This document shows positions 47,609-57,291 of a stretch of DNA of 63,464 bases, piece after piece. The notes beneath the pieces were generated by a model. The model was not told where the DNA came from. It saw only the letters and a list, made by a program, of their open reading frames with translations, and did not search any database. Made by a program: the position numbers and the translations under genes. Numbering within the stretch: the first letter of the stretch is position 1; the number at the start of each line of letters is the position of its first letter. This DNA comes from an uncultured Myxococcales bacterium (GTDB taxonomy: Bacteria > Myxococcota > UBA4151). The stretch covers positions 1-63,464 of the forward strand of contig CAXGWI010000008.1 in NCBI GenBank assembly GCA_964013405.1. The letters are read 5' to 3'.

Positions 47609-48447
47609 AAATCCTCAAAGACCGAATCGCCATCATCACCGGTGCATCCCGAGGTATTGGCAGCCACATCGCCGAAACTCTGGCAGCCCAAGGCGTCCAC
47701 TTGAGTCTCGCCGCTCGCAACGAAGCAGCCTTAGAGGAAGTGGCCGAGACGCTGCGAACCCGTCACGGCGTACGGGTGCTGGTCGTCGCCACGGATGTCA
47801 GCGAGCGACTCCAACTTGAGCGCCTCGTCCAGCGAACCCAGGACGAACTCGGCGCCATCGACTTGCTGATCAACAATGCCGCTCTGGAGCGCATGGAGGA
47901 CTTCGTCGAGAGCGATTGGAATCAGACCGCAATGGACTTGGCTGTGAACGTTCAAGGGCCCATGGACCTCACCCGGCTGGTCCTGCCCGGCATGCTGGAA
48001 CGCAATCGCGGTCACATCGTCAACCTAGCGTCACTGGCTGGCTTCGGCGCACACCCCCATGCCGAATCTTATGTGACAACCAAGCACGCCATGATCGGCT
48101 TCACCCGGGCCCTTCGGGCTTCATTGAAGGCCAGAGGAAGCCAGGTCAGTGCCTCCTCGGTCTGTCCAGGCTTCGTTCGGGATGTGGGGATGTTTGCCCG
48201 CAAGCAAAGCAGCGCGGGGGTCCGCTCTCCTGCCTTGTTGGGAAGTTCGAGTCCCTCTGCGGTTGCCCATGCGGTGGTTCAAGTCATCCGCAAAGATCGA
48301 ACCGAGAAGATCGTCAACCCCATGCCGGTTCGACCGTTTCTGCTGCTGGCACTGCTCTGGCCCCGCCTGGGCGAGTGGATCATGGGAAAAGCCGGGATTC
48401 AGCGAATCAGTGAGCGAGTCATCCACGTGGAGCGCCAAAACCACTGA
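47605..48447 (+). CDS. Short-chain dehydrogenase/reductase
   Basis: TGASRGIG, LINNA, S..., YVTTK (YxxxK), CPGFV. Confidence 0.92.
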   Translation: MKILKDRIAIITGASRGIGSHIAETLAAQGVHLSLAARNEAALEEVAETLRTRHGVRVLVVATDVSERLQLERLVQRTQDELGAIDLLINNAALERMEDFVESDWNQTAMDLAVNVQGPMDLTRLVLPGMLERNRGHIVNLASLAGFGAHPHAESYVTTKHAMIGFTRALRASLKARGSQVSASSVCPGFVRDVGMFARKQSSAGVRSPALLGSSSPSAVAHAVVQVIRKDRTEKIVNPMPVRPFLLLALLWPRLGEWIMGKAGIQRISERVIHVERQNH

Positions 48448-48497
48448 GGCTTTAATGGCCCCACGCGACAATTCTTTGAGGGTGAATCTTAACCCAG

Positions 48498-50201
48498 TTA
48501 CCGGAAACGTTTCCGCAGCACCTTTTTAAAGTCTGCTGCCTCCCGGATCCCATCAAAGTCTGGGTCCCTCTTAATCCGTGACCGGGCCCGGGAGCGACGA
48601 TCAGGCTCTGTTAAACGCAGGAAGGTCGTGAGCAGTCCAATCACCTGCTCAACATCCCCGCAGCGAGCAAAGATGCAGGCGTAGTTGTAATGGGTCTGCT
48701 CATTGTCGGTGGGCGGAATCGAGGTCATGACCTGAACAAGCAGATCCCGGGCCTGCTCCACTCGCCCTGTCTCGATCAAAGCGATGCACGCACTGTCGAT
48801 CAATTCTTCCATGTGTCTCGTGTCTGAAGAATGCAAAAGGCCGAGAAGCTCTCCATCCGAAAAGAACTGCTGAATACGATCGAGCGCTTCCTTTGGTTGC
48901 TCCGCAGTGCGCCAAAGGGCGATCCAAATCAGGGTTCCTACACACACGAAATGGGTATCCTTTATGTGCCGCGGCCACTCGGCTTGAGGCCGCCCATGCC
49001 AGTGACTGTTCAGTTGATCCTCCAACTCAAGCAGCCGCTGAGCCGTGTCGAGGTGCTCGAAAGCAACCGTTCGAGTCGAACGACCAGCAATCGTCCAATA
49101 AAGCGCTCGCAATTCCATCTGCCAGGCACGCACTTCCTCTGAGAACCCCAGTGACTCAAGCCGCTGGGCGACCCCCTCCGCTCGATCGGTTTGCCCCTGA
49201 TGACGAAGGGCCGGCAACAAATGGAAGAGATGCTCGGTGGTCTCCCCCACCGCATCCATCGCCCCATCGATTAACCTAATGATCGCCTGAGCCATCGGCT
49301 CCGGTTGGATCAACGCCGCATAATGGAACCACCGATCAGGGCGGGCTTTGGCTTTGAGGGCTTCATCGACCCACACGGCCATCACTTTTGGACTTTTGAC
49401 CGTTCGTAACCACTCAAAGAAGCGGCGCCGGGCCGAGTCTCCCCAATACGGCTTGCCGTCCTCATAGGCATGCAACTTGGCCATGGGGGCAGGCATCAGT
49501 TCAGCCCAGAAGGCTTCGTCATGCTCAATGAGTGGGGGCAGGAGTTCTTGGACCCCCTTGTTGCACATGGCGAGACAACTGAAGCCCTCGGGGAAATAGC
49601 CATCGGTGAAGCGGGCAGTCCGTCGTTTCACCTCGTCAACATCGCCGAGTTCCAGGGCACAGCGAGCAAGCCCGAGGGTCACTTCCCATGCCTCCTCCTC
49701 CGTGGAGTCGGAGATTCCGGACATCAACTTTCGTTCGTCCGGTTCAGGCAATTCCTCCTCCCAGCCCATTCGCCGTTCCGCCTCCAACAAGAGGCTCTGA
49801 ACTGTGCGCCAGCCCTCCTCATCTTTGGGCGGCCGATCTTTGATTTGAAAGATGGCGCGTCGCAGCTCAAAACGAACAAAACGAGTGATCATCCACTGCA
49901 GTTGATCGAGAACCCAATCCTCAAACGGGTAAGGCACCGGCGGCGAATCCGGCATGTTGTCATCCCAAGCATGACCCACCCGCTCATGATCGTTGGCCTG
50001 GATCTGCCAACTCATGCCACTGTCGTGCATTCCCGTTCGTTCCCTAAGGTTTAAATGCAAAACCGTATCAGTCTCAGCATTAGGCTCTGCTCCCGTGTAG
50101 ACACAGAGGGTGTAGCCAGATTGCGATGAGCGCCCCAGCTTGAGTTCGTGACCATAATGCTCACCCAGGAGGTGACTAAAAAAGTAGGACTTCTCGCCCA
50201 C
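48498..50201 (-). CDS. Hypothetical helical protein with C-terminal TPR-end motif
   Basis: 567-aa ORF; HYNYACIFAR...DPDFDGIR C-terminus typical of TPR end-of-group domains. Confidence 0.6.
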   Translation of the reverse strand: MGEKSYFFSHLLGEHYGHELKLGRSSQSGYTLCVYTGAEPNAETDTVLHLNLRERTGMHDSGMSWQIQANDHERVGHAWDDNMPDSPPVPYPFEDWVLDQLQWMITRFVRFELRRAIFQIKDRPPKDEEGWRTVQSLLLEAERRMGWEEELPEPDERKLMSGISDSTEEEAWEVTLGLARCALELGDVDEVKRRTARFTDGYFPEGFSCLAMCNKGVQELLPPLIEHDEAFWAELMPAPMAKLHAYEDGKPYWGDSARRRFFEWLRTVKSPKVMAVWVDEALKAKARPDRWFHYAALIQPEPMAQAIIRLIDGAMDAVGETTEHLFHLLPALRHQGQTDRAEGVAQRLESLGFSEEVRAWQMELRALYWTIAGRSTRTVAFEHLDTAQRLLELEDQLNSHWHGRPQAEWPRHIKDTHFVCVGTLIWIALWRTAEQPKEALDRIQQFFSDGELLGLLHSSDTRHMEELIDSACIALIETGRVEQARDLLVQVMTSIPPTDNEQTHYNYACIFARCGDVEQVIGLLTTFLRLTEPDRRSRARSRIKRDPDFDGIREAADFKKVLRKRFR

Positions 50202-50357
50202 AGTGATCTCCCCATTGCGTCGGAGCTTCTGCTTTAACCACAGGTTGGCGCTGATTGAGAATGTTTCTGGTCAGGCGCTGGTCGGAATTCAAGCAATGGA
50301 TTAGAAGCTCTTCGCAGCGTCGCCCCCCTTAAGACCCACGCTGAACTAGGAGTAAAA

Positions 50358-50690
50358 ATGTCTGTCTACGATCAATGGTCCCGCGGTGTTCAGGAGCGCA
50401 ACGCAGACGCACTCATCGCCTGCCTTCACACCAACTACCGCTTTGTCCGCCACCAATCCGGAACAGAGATGAACCGAGATCAGATGGCCGAGATGCTACG
50501 GGGCTTCATGAGCAGCGATCGTGTGGTCGTTAACAACCAACGCTGCCTCTATGAAAATCAAGAGATCATGGTGGAACACACGGTCATGGACTTTGCAGAC
50601 GGCACCCGGGAAGCGGTTCTCAGCTTCAACCGCTTACAAGACGGGCTGATCATCCTCACCGAGTCGGGGGCGACACCGATTGAGCGGTGA
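50358..50690 (+). CDS. SnoaL/NTF2-like protein
   Basis: FVRHQSG, RCLYEN.EI.VEH..MDF.DGTREAV, DG.I...E.GAT; AGGAG RBS. Confidence 0.75.
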   Translation: MSVYDQWSRGVQERNADALIACLHTNYRFVRHQSGTEMNRDQMAEMLRGFMSSDRVVVNNQRCLYENQEIMVEHTVMDFADGTREAVLSFNRLQDGLIILTESGATPIER

Positions 50691-51099
50691 ACTCGCCAAC
50701 TGGCCTAGACACCTCGCCCCGGAAGCCCATTCTGAAGACTATGTTTTCTGTCACCTCAAACAAGGTGCTTATGGAGCACTCGCATCCTGCAGCCCCCTGG
50801 CATCAATCCTTGAAGACGATGGGCTCAGCCTCATTTTGCCACAAGCGGAGGCCGACCGCGAAGGGCTCAGTTACCGTGGCGTTTTCTGTTGCCTGAGCCT
50901 GCGGGTTTATTCGTCCCTTGAGGGGGTCGGCCTGACCGCTGCCATCGCCACCGAGTTGGCCCATCACAACATCAGCGCCAACATGATTGCTGGGACCCGT
51001 CATGACCATATACTGGTGCCCAAAGCCGATAAAGAACGGGCTTTGGCGGCCCTCAAGACCCTCAGCGCTCGACACCTGCCAGAGGATGAGGGCTCATGA
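50680..51099 (+). CDS. ACT-domain protein, paralogue of 46008..46412
   Basis: EDDGLSL, VYSSLEGVGLTAA, ISANMIAG.RHDHILVP. Confidence 0.8.
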   Translation: MSGELANWPRHLAPEAHSEDYVFCHLKQGAYGALASCSPLASILEDDGLSLILPQAEADREGLSYRGVFCCLSLRVYSSLEGVGLTAAIATELAHHNISANMIAGTRHDHILVPKADKERALAALKTLSARHLPEDEGS

Positions 51100-51461
51100 G
51101 TGGCGATTGCCTTTATCGAGTGATCACGGCCCTTGAATGGCAGCGAGCCCAAGAGACCGGATGGATCCCCAGAAGTGAGGTAGACCAGAGGGATGGCTTT
51201 ATCCATCTCTCATCAGCGGAAAGCTTTCTGGAAACAGCAACTCGTTACTTCAGCCCCGCCGACCGGCCCCTGGCACTCGAGTTGGACCCAAGCCGACTCC
51301 CCGGAGCGATTCGCTGGGAAGCTGTGCCCAGCCGGGAGCAACGCTTTCCGCACTTCTATGGCTCCAGCCTCCCCCTTTCGGCTGTCCGCTCCATTGTCGA
51401 ACTCCATCCAGGGGGCGATGGCTTCGCTGTCGGTAGGCGGCAGGAACTCAATGCGCCCTAA
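51096..51461 (+). CDS. DUF952-family protein
   Basis: S.VD.RDGFIHLS, RWE, FPHFYG..LP..AV. Confidence 0.85.
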   Translation: MSGDCLYRVITALEWQRAQETGWIPRSEVDQRDGFIHLSSAESFLETATRYFSPADRPLALELDPSRLPGAIRWEAVPSREQRFPHFYGSSLPLSAVRSIVELHPGGDGFAVGRRQELNAP

Positions 51462-51562
51462 GGTTTCGTCTTAAAGAACTGCACCGGCGCGACTTTTGCC
51501 CGGGTTACTGTTCGGGTAGCTTTCAAGCAGGGGAGCCTTCGCTCCGAAGGAGCGTATCGGTC

Positions 51563-52084
51563 ATGAGCGAAGACAAGGAACCGATCGCACCGCCGTCCCC
51601 AGAAGCTCCCACTGCCGGTCTCATGAGACGTCTTCTCAGCCGACGCTGGGTTCGGTGGACCCTCGGCATCATGGCCAGTCTTTTTGCGGCCTTCGTCTTG
51701 CTGATCTGGACGATCTTGATGCCGGTGGGGCTACTGGATCTGACGGTCAATGGTAGCCGCTACAACCGAGTCATCGAAAAGGCACGGAGCCTCACTAAAA
51801 ACACCAGCGACTCGGTTTGGTTTCATGGGGACTGGGAACATGACCGCGGTGGCTTTGGAGCGCCGAACATCTGCGCCCGTCGTACAGAAAGTGGCGAACT
51901 GTTCGTCCGAATCCTGGTGGTGGATCGCCACCGGCTTGGAAAGTTTGGATACGTCTACTCGGAATCGTCCTACGCATCCGGTAATGAACTGGAGCGAGCC
52001 ATCGACTTCTATGACTGCGGCGAGTGGTATTTCTCGGGCGATCTCGGCGGCGGTTGGTGGGCGATTGAGAACAACCTCGGATAA
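51563..52084 (+). CDS. Hypothetical membrane-anchored protein
   Basis: One TM helix; AAGGAG RBS; no family recognised. Confidence 0.5.
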   Translation: MSEDKEPIAPPSPEAPTAGLMRRLLSRRWVRWTLGIMASLFAAFVLLIWTILMPVGLLDLTVNGSRYNRVIEKARSLTKNTSDSVWFHGDWEHDRGGFGAPNICARRTESGELFVRILVVDRHRLGKFGYVYSESSYASGNELERAIDFYDCGEWYFSGDLGGGWWAIENNLG

Positions 52085-52105
52085 GGCGGCAGCAATTCCC
52101 AAGAC

Positions 52106-53377
52106 GTGGCGAAAGGCCAAATGCAACGGCTTCTTCTGTGGATTTTCGTTATCATTCCGGTCCTTGTCGCCGGCGTCGGCACTGCTTTTTTCTCAGCGCT
52201 CTCCAATGAAGCCCTCGTTATGGCCTGTGTGGATCCCGTCTTCCGCCAACGGGAACAGAGCAAAGGCCCCCTTGTCCCCCTGCCGCCGCAGTGGATGTGC
52301 AGCTATCTGAAATCGGTCCGCGACCCAGATCCCAATGTGCGAGACCCCAAAAGCCAGAAGACGCTCTTTGGCTTTACGGTCTCAGTCTTTGGTACCCCCC
52401 GGAGTGAACGAGCAAAGGCCCTTCTCCAGCATTTCATCGACCACGGCGTGCAGTGGGACGAACCGCACAGCGGCTTACTCACTCCACTGCACTTAGCGGT
52501 GTTTTATCGCTCAGAACCTCTGGTGAAACGGTTCCTCACAGCCGGTGCCAACCCACGAACCCCCCTCAACGCACCAGGGCGGCTTATGGATGGTCTGGAT
52601 GCCTTCGATTTTGCCCGCTTCCTGCGGAACGCAGGGAGCCAAGACGCCAATCCTAGAATACAACATGATGGACTGAAGCGGTTACACCGACTGGAAAAAT
52701 TACTGTGTGATGATCCCTCGGTGAATACGCGCGCGAGCATCCAGGAGATGCCCACGGTCTCTATTCCTTCTGGGAGTCATCGAATGCTTGGCTATGCAGC
52801 CTTTGATGAAACCTACATCTACGCGGCCGACAATGCCGAACAGATCCCCCTGGGTCGCGACCCGACCCCGCCACCCACCGATCTCGACCCGCTCGACGAT
52901 GACGGCAGCAACGGCGTTTGGGGCGGGGTCTCAGGTCCGTTAGGCGACCAATCAAAGGCGAACTTTGGCTTCTCCAGCGTCTGGGACTTCATCACTTCCT
53001 CAGTGCCATGCGATGCCAAGCCAGGGAACTCTCCAAGCCCCGAGCATGACGAATGTGCCCTCGATATCTTACAGGGTAAATTGCCCTCTTCGCTCGAGGC
53101 AAATCTCGGGGTCCAGGACCCTGAGATGGAAGAAGGAGGATTTCAGTATTCCGCTCTCCGCATTCACAGCCGTCAGAGCCGCCCAGAAAAACCAGCGCGG
53201 CTACTTCGCCTGGAATCCCTAAGTATCGAAGACGTGGACAAAGATGGACAGTTCGAAGTTCGCGCCCGCGCAAAGTTTGCGATCGGCTGCCATGGCAAGC
53301 CCTACAGCGAAGACTTCATCCTCGAGGTGCGCGGCCCCACGATGCGGGTCCTCGGGCCCGCCGGTAAGAAGCACTAA
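52106..53377 (+). CDS. Membrane-anchored protein with ankyrin-like repeat(s)
   Basis: N-terminal TM; GLLTPLHLAV...LVKRFLTAGANP ankyrin consensus. Confidence 0.55.
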   Translation: MAKGQMQRLLLWIFVIIPVLVAGVGTAFFSALSNEALVMACVDPVFRQREQSKGPLVPLPPQWMCSYLKSVRDPDPNVRDPKSQKTLFGFTVSVFGTPRSERAKALLQHFIDHGVQWDEPHSGLLTPLHLAVFYRSEPLVKRFLTAGANPRTPLNAPGRLMDGLDAFDFARFLRNAGSQDANPRIQHDGLKRLHRLEKLLCDDPSVNTRASIQEMPTVSIPSGSHRMLGYAAFDETYIYAADNAEQIPLGRDPTPPPTDLDPLDDDGSNGVWGGVSGPLGDQSKANFGFSSVWDFITSSVPCDAKPGNSPSPEHDECALDILQGKLPSSLEANLGVQDPEMEEGGFQYSALRIHSRQSRPEKPARLLRLESLSIEDVDKDGQFEVRARAKFAIGCHGKPYSEDFILEVRGPTMRVLGPAGKKH

Positions 53378-53380
53378 AAC

Positions 53381-54019
53381 ATGAGACTTCCAACCACAGC
53401 CTACACGCTCATGATCGTGATTCTGACCAATGCTTGTGCCGATGGATCCGCCCAGCGCCTCTATCACGAGCCCTTCGAGGAAACCGGCTCGTGGAACCTG
53501 AGCGTCGAACAACCCGGTCCAGACGATCTCTCTCCTTCAGGCAGTTCCGCAACCGCAAGGATTGAAGGAGGGCAACTGCAACTAAGCGCCTGGCAAGACG
53601 GCCCCTGCACGCGAGCCCAAGCAAGGAACGAACTGCCTCTGAACAGCCCACGCGCAAATGGCATTACCTGGCGCTTCGTCTTTGAGATCAGCCAACAGGA
53701 CCACAATGCAATGGGCCGCTCCGATGTCATGATCGCCAGCGACAACCGGGACGTCCGAGTCAGTCTCTCCTCATTCTCGGTCCCACCAGGACCGATACGC
53801 CTGGAGATCGACTTCAACGATACCGTGACAGTTCGACGAGGTGAAACGCCCCTAGGAGACACCGCCTTCCAGTTGGAGGAATCGTCGGAGTCAGCATCGG
53901 CGGTGAACCTCATCGCTCATGGTTGCAGCCCCGACAATTGGGGCAGCGCAGAACTGACCGTCGAGCATCTTGAACTTTGGGAACTCACAGACATCTCCAT
54001 GCCCCTCCCGGAGGAATGA
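53381..54019 (+). CDS. Hypothetical lipoprotein
   Basis: Lipobox LTNAC; beta-rich; 3 nt after the upstream stop. Confidence 0.55.
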   Translation: MRLPTTAYTLMIVILTNACADGSAQRLYHEPFEETGSWNLSVEQPGPDDLSPSGSSATARIEGGQLQLSAWQDGPCTRAQARNELPLNSPRANGITWRFVFEISQQDHNAMGRSDVMIASDNRDVRVSLSSFSVPPGPIRLEIDFNDTVTVRRGETPLGDTAFQLEESSESASAVNLIAHGCSPDNWGSAELTVEHLELWELTDISMPLPEE

Positions 54020-54097
54020 GGTCGAAGATATCAGCCTGGCAAAGCCAAGATCACGAACTGCTGTATGCTCTCTACGTCAGCCCGAAACCATCTGCTT

Positions 54098-54721
54098 TCA
54101 GAGTTCTGTCGCGTGCTCCGAGAGGTAGCTGGCCACCCCTTCTGGCGTGTTGACCATGCCCGAGTCACCTTCTTGCCAGCCTGCCGGGCAAACCTGGCCA
54201 TTTTCCTCAAAGAACTGCAGTGCCTCAACGATTCGGACCACCTCGTCCATGTTGCGGCCCAGGGGCTCATCATTGACCACTTGATGTCGAACGACACCGG
54301 AACGGTCGATGACAAAAGTGGCCCGCATGGAAACACCCAAGGGATAATAGGAGTCTGAAGAGTCGGCGAGGATCCCGTAGGCCTGGGAGATTGTGCGCGT
54401 CATGTCCGCTGCGAGGACGTAAGGCACCTGGCCAATACCCCCCTCTTTCACCGCCGTATTTCGCCAGGCATTGTGGGTCCAGTGGCTGTCGACTGACACA
54501 CCAACGACCTCACAACCCAATTCCCGAAGCCGAGCCGTTCGATTGGCCATGGCCAGCAACTCTGAGGGACAGACGAAAGTGAAATCCAGCGGATAAAAGA
54601 AAAGGACCGCATAGGAATTATCGATCGCTGCGCCAAAGTCGAACGCATCCACGACATCGCCATTGGGCATGACCGCTTGCGTCTCGAAAAGGGGGGCTTG
54701 TCTACCAACTAATATACTCAT
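54098..54721 (-). CDS. ahpC: 2-Cys peroxiredoxin (AhpC/Prx1)
   Basis: FFYPLDFTFVCPSE, GRNMDE, QVCPAGW. Start set at ATG 54721 (AAGGA RBS). Confidence 0.93.
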   Translation of the reverse strand: MSILVGRQAPLFETQAVMPNGDVVDAFDFGAAIDNSYAVLFFYPLDFTFVCPSELLAMANRTARLRELGCEVVGVSVDSHWTHNAWRNTAVKEGGIGQVPYVLAADMTRTISQAYGILADSSDSYYPLGVSMRATFVIDRSGVVRHQVVNDEPLGRNMDEVVRIVEALQFFEENGQVCPAGWQEGDSGMVNTPEGVASYLSEHATEL

Positions 54722-54796
54722 TTTGAGTTCCTTCATTCATGGGTGGTGCCCTCGTTATCACTGGCGGTGACGGAACACAATTCTCTGTTTGCGCTT

Positions 54797-54815
54797 GATG
54801 TTGAGAGTCATTATC
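54797..54815. promoter_or_regulatory. Fur-family (Fur/PerR-like) box between divergent ahpC and DUF3501 genes
   Basis: GATGTTGAGAGTCATTATC matches the Fur consensus GATAATGATAATCATTATC at 15 of 19 positions. Confidence 0.65.
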
Positions 54816-54847
54816 AATAACAAACTAGTGTCTCAACGGAGAAAATC

Positions 54848-55468
54848 ATGATTACCGCACGTTATCTGATCGACCGTCTAGAACAGGACAAAGGACCCAT
54901 CACCGCCGGCCATTTGCTGAGCAGTGGATCCTACGAAAGGCACCGGAAAAAACTGCTAGATTGGGCCCAAGGGCTCCGGTCTGAACGACGCATTTCTCTC
55001 GGCCCCGACTTTACCTTGCTCTTCGAGAACAGGGCCACCGTCTGGATGCAAATCCAAGAGGAATTACGCTGGGTCCAAACCCCTCCAAGTCCCTCGTGTC
55101 TTGGGGAATTACTCTCGGAATACAATCGCCTGATCTCATTCCCTGGAGAACCTAGAGGCTGCCTTTTTATGGACAGTTCCGACGGCTTTCGAACCAAGCA
55201 GTACCTCACGAAATCCTCGATTGCTGAACTTGGGATCCAACTTCACCTGAATGGTCGAAGTTACCGTGCCGTGGCCATGAAAGGTGGAAAGCACCTGATC
55301 GAACCCGTCACCTACATCCGATTCGCCTATCAAGGACCTCACCTCCGTGGCCAAAACCAGTTGGAGTGGTGCCTTCCGGTACCCGAGCGCAAGGGCTTGC
55401 CCTCGGGTTTAACCCAGTCGCTCTTAAAACCAACCTGGCCAAAACAAAGTCCTCAGGCGGCAGCCTAA
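54848..55468 (+). CDS. DUF3501-family protein
   Basis: YE..R, RRISLGP..TLLFENR.TV..QIQE.LR, E...YN.L, V.YIRF. Confidence 0.7.
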   Translation: MITARYLIDRLEQDKGPITAGHLLSSGSYERHRKKLLDWAQGLRSERRISLGPDFTLLFENRATVWMQIQEELRWVQTPPSPSCLGELLSEYNRLISFPGEPRGCLFMDSSDGFRTKQYLTKSSIAELGIQLHLNGRSYRAVAMKGGKHLIEPVTYIRFAYQGPHLRGQNQLEWCLPVPERKGLPSGLTQSLLKPTWPKQSPQAAA

Positions 55469-55478
55469 GCACCAACCA

Positions 55479-56699
55479 TTACCGCGACCTGCCTATTCTG
55501 AGGACGAGGTCTCCTTCTCCACAGTCACCGCGGCCATCGCAGTTACTTGTGGTGACGTACATCCCCCCATCCGGCCCCATAACCACGTCACGCAGTCGGC
55601 CGTAGCCCCCAGCGCCGCGCAAATAGACCTCGTTTAGGGTCACGTTGCCGTCGTCGGCCAGCCTGACCCGGTGCAACTGGCCCACATCGGCGCCAAAGCC
55701 GAGCACGCCGATGAACAGATCCCCCTCGAACTCCGGGATCTCGGTGCCCGTATAGCGCACAGTGCCGCCGGGGGGCAGGGCCCGGGCCCACGTCATCGAC
55801 GGCGAGACCATGCCGGCCTGGGTCTCACATTTGTAGATCTCAGGCCAGCCCAGGTTGTCGCCGGGTTCGGCCACGTTCAACTCATCGTGGTTGCGGCGCC
55901 CACCCTCCGGCCGCAGTCCACTTGGCCCGTGATCGGTAATGACGATGCGGCCGTCTTCGCGCCAGTCGAAACCCTGGGTATTGCGCAGGCCGATCAGCCA
56001 CGCTGCCGAGCCAGGCCAGGGGTTATCGGCCGGAATCGTGCCATCGTCATTCACCCGCAACAACTTGCCCGCCAGGCTCTCAGGATCTTGAGATAGATCG
56101 GGATCCCCTGCGTCCCCAGTGCCGATGTAGAGTTTGCCATCGGGGCCAAAGCGAAGCCTGCCGCCATTGTGGTACTGCCGAGCCGGGATCGCAGCGACGA
56201 CCGTTGACTCGAACGCCGGGCTGCCGCCGTTCCAGGTCCATCGCTCCACCCGGTTCTCACGGCCCCGAGCACCGTCAGCCGTGTAATAGAGATAGAACCA
56301 GTCGTTGGACGCAAAGTCTGGGTGGATCGCCAGCCCGAGCAAGCCGCCCTCTCCCGACGAGGTGACGTCGACCTGGGCCGCCGCAACGGCCCGGGAGGAC
56401 CCGGGAGCGACCGATGCGAGGCGACCATCGCGCTCGGTCACCAGCAGCGTACCATCGGGCATCCAGTCGATGCTCCACGGGATGGACAGGCCGGACACGA
56501 CCACATCCACATCAAAGGTCGTCTCACCCACAGGACCAAAATCTTCACTTCGCTCCAGGATACAGTCCACGGCCAACTCGGCGGGCTCCGGCTCAGGCTC
56601 GGGCGAAGGCCCAGGCTTGTTGCCGGACGGCCCCTCGGGCGTCTCAGCAGGGCCGCAAGCACCCAGCGCGCAAAGGATCAGCAGCAGACGAAGAGCCAT
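55479..56699 (-). CDS. PQQ-dependent sugar dehydrogenase-family lipoprotein (GSDH/YliI)
   Basis: Lipobox LGAC; PWS..W.PDG, GEGGLLGLA.HPDF, HNGGRLRFGPDG.LY, GLRN.QG, GRLRDV..GPDG. Confidence 0.9.
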   Translation of the reverse strand: MALRLLLILCALGACGPAETPEGPSGNKPGPSPEPEPEPAELAVDCILERSEDFGPVGETTFDVDVVVSGLSIPWSIDWMPDGTLLVTERDGRLASVAPGSSRAVAAAQVDVTSSGEGGLLGLAIHPDFASNDWFYLYYTADGARGRENRVERWTWNGGSPAFESTVVAAIPARQYHNGGRLRFGPDGKLYIGTGDAGDPDLSQDPESLAGKLLRVNDDGTIPADNPWPGSAAWLIGLRNTQGFDWREDGRIVITDHGPSGLRPEGGRRNHDELNVAEPGDNLGWPEIYKCETQAGMVSPSMTWARALPPGGTVRYTGTEIPEFEGDLFIGVLGFGADVGQLHRVRLADDGNVTLNEVYLRGAGGYGRLRDVVMGPDGGMYVTTSNCDGRGDCGEGDLVLRIGRSR

Positions 56700-56841
56700 G
56701 GGACCTCCCAGAAAAAACAGCGAATATATTCGAGGCAAGGCCTTGCTCGTCTGGCCCATTCTCTGCTTCTGAACCCAGAGAGACATGATCTTATAGACCA
56801 GTAAAGCGATGACTTGGAAGACTTAGGTGGGAGACGAGCAC

Positions 56842-57291
56842 ATGAACCATCCGACGGCTGTCGCTGACTATTACACCGAGCTCCCCGCGGACCGAAGGGA
56901 GGCGATGGAGCGGCTTCGTGACAGCATTGAGGCGAACCTCCCCGGTGGCTTCGAAAGCCGTATGAACTACGGCATGCCCAGTTGGGTCGTCCCCCACGAC
57001 ACCTATCCGGCCGGCTACCATGTGAAGCCCGAACTCCCCTTACCCTTTTTGAGCATCGCCTCCCAACGTAGCCACATCGCTGTCTATCACATGGGGATCT
57101 ATGCCAGTCCCCCGTTAATGGCGTGGTTTGTCGGGGAGTTTCCGAAGCACTGCAGCAGGAAACTCAACATGGGCAAGAGCTGCATCCGCTTCAAAAATAC
57201 GAAGCATATTCCCTTCGACCTCATCGGTGAACTCTGCAGCAAGATGTCGCCGCAAGACTGGATCGAAATCTACGAAAGCGAAGTGAAATGA
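56842..57291 (+). CDS. DUF1801/YdhG-like protein
   Basis: YGMP.WVVPH..YP.GYH..P..PLPF, MGKSCIRFK. Confidence 0.85.
   Translation: MNHPTAVADYYTELPADRREAMERLRDSIEANLPGGFESRMNYGMPSWVVPHDTYPAGYHVKPELPLPFLSIASQRSHIAVYHMGIYASPPLMAWFVGEFPKHCSRKLNMGKSCIRFKNTKHIPFDLIGELCSKMSPQDWIEIYESEVK

Noticed and set aside
50252..50272. TGAGAATGTTTCT as a second Fur box
   Set aside because: Only one half-site matches; too weak to call.
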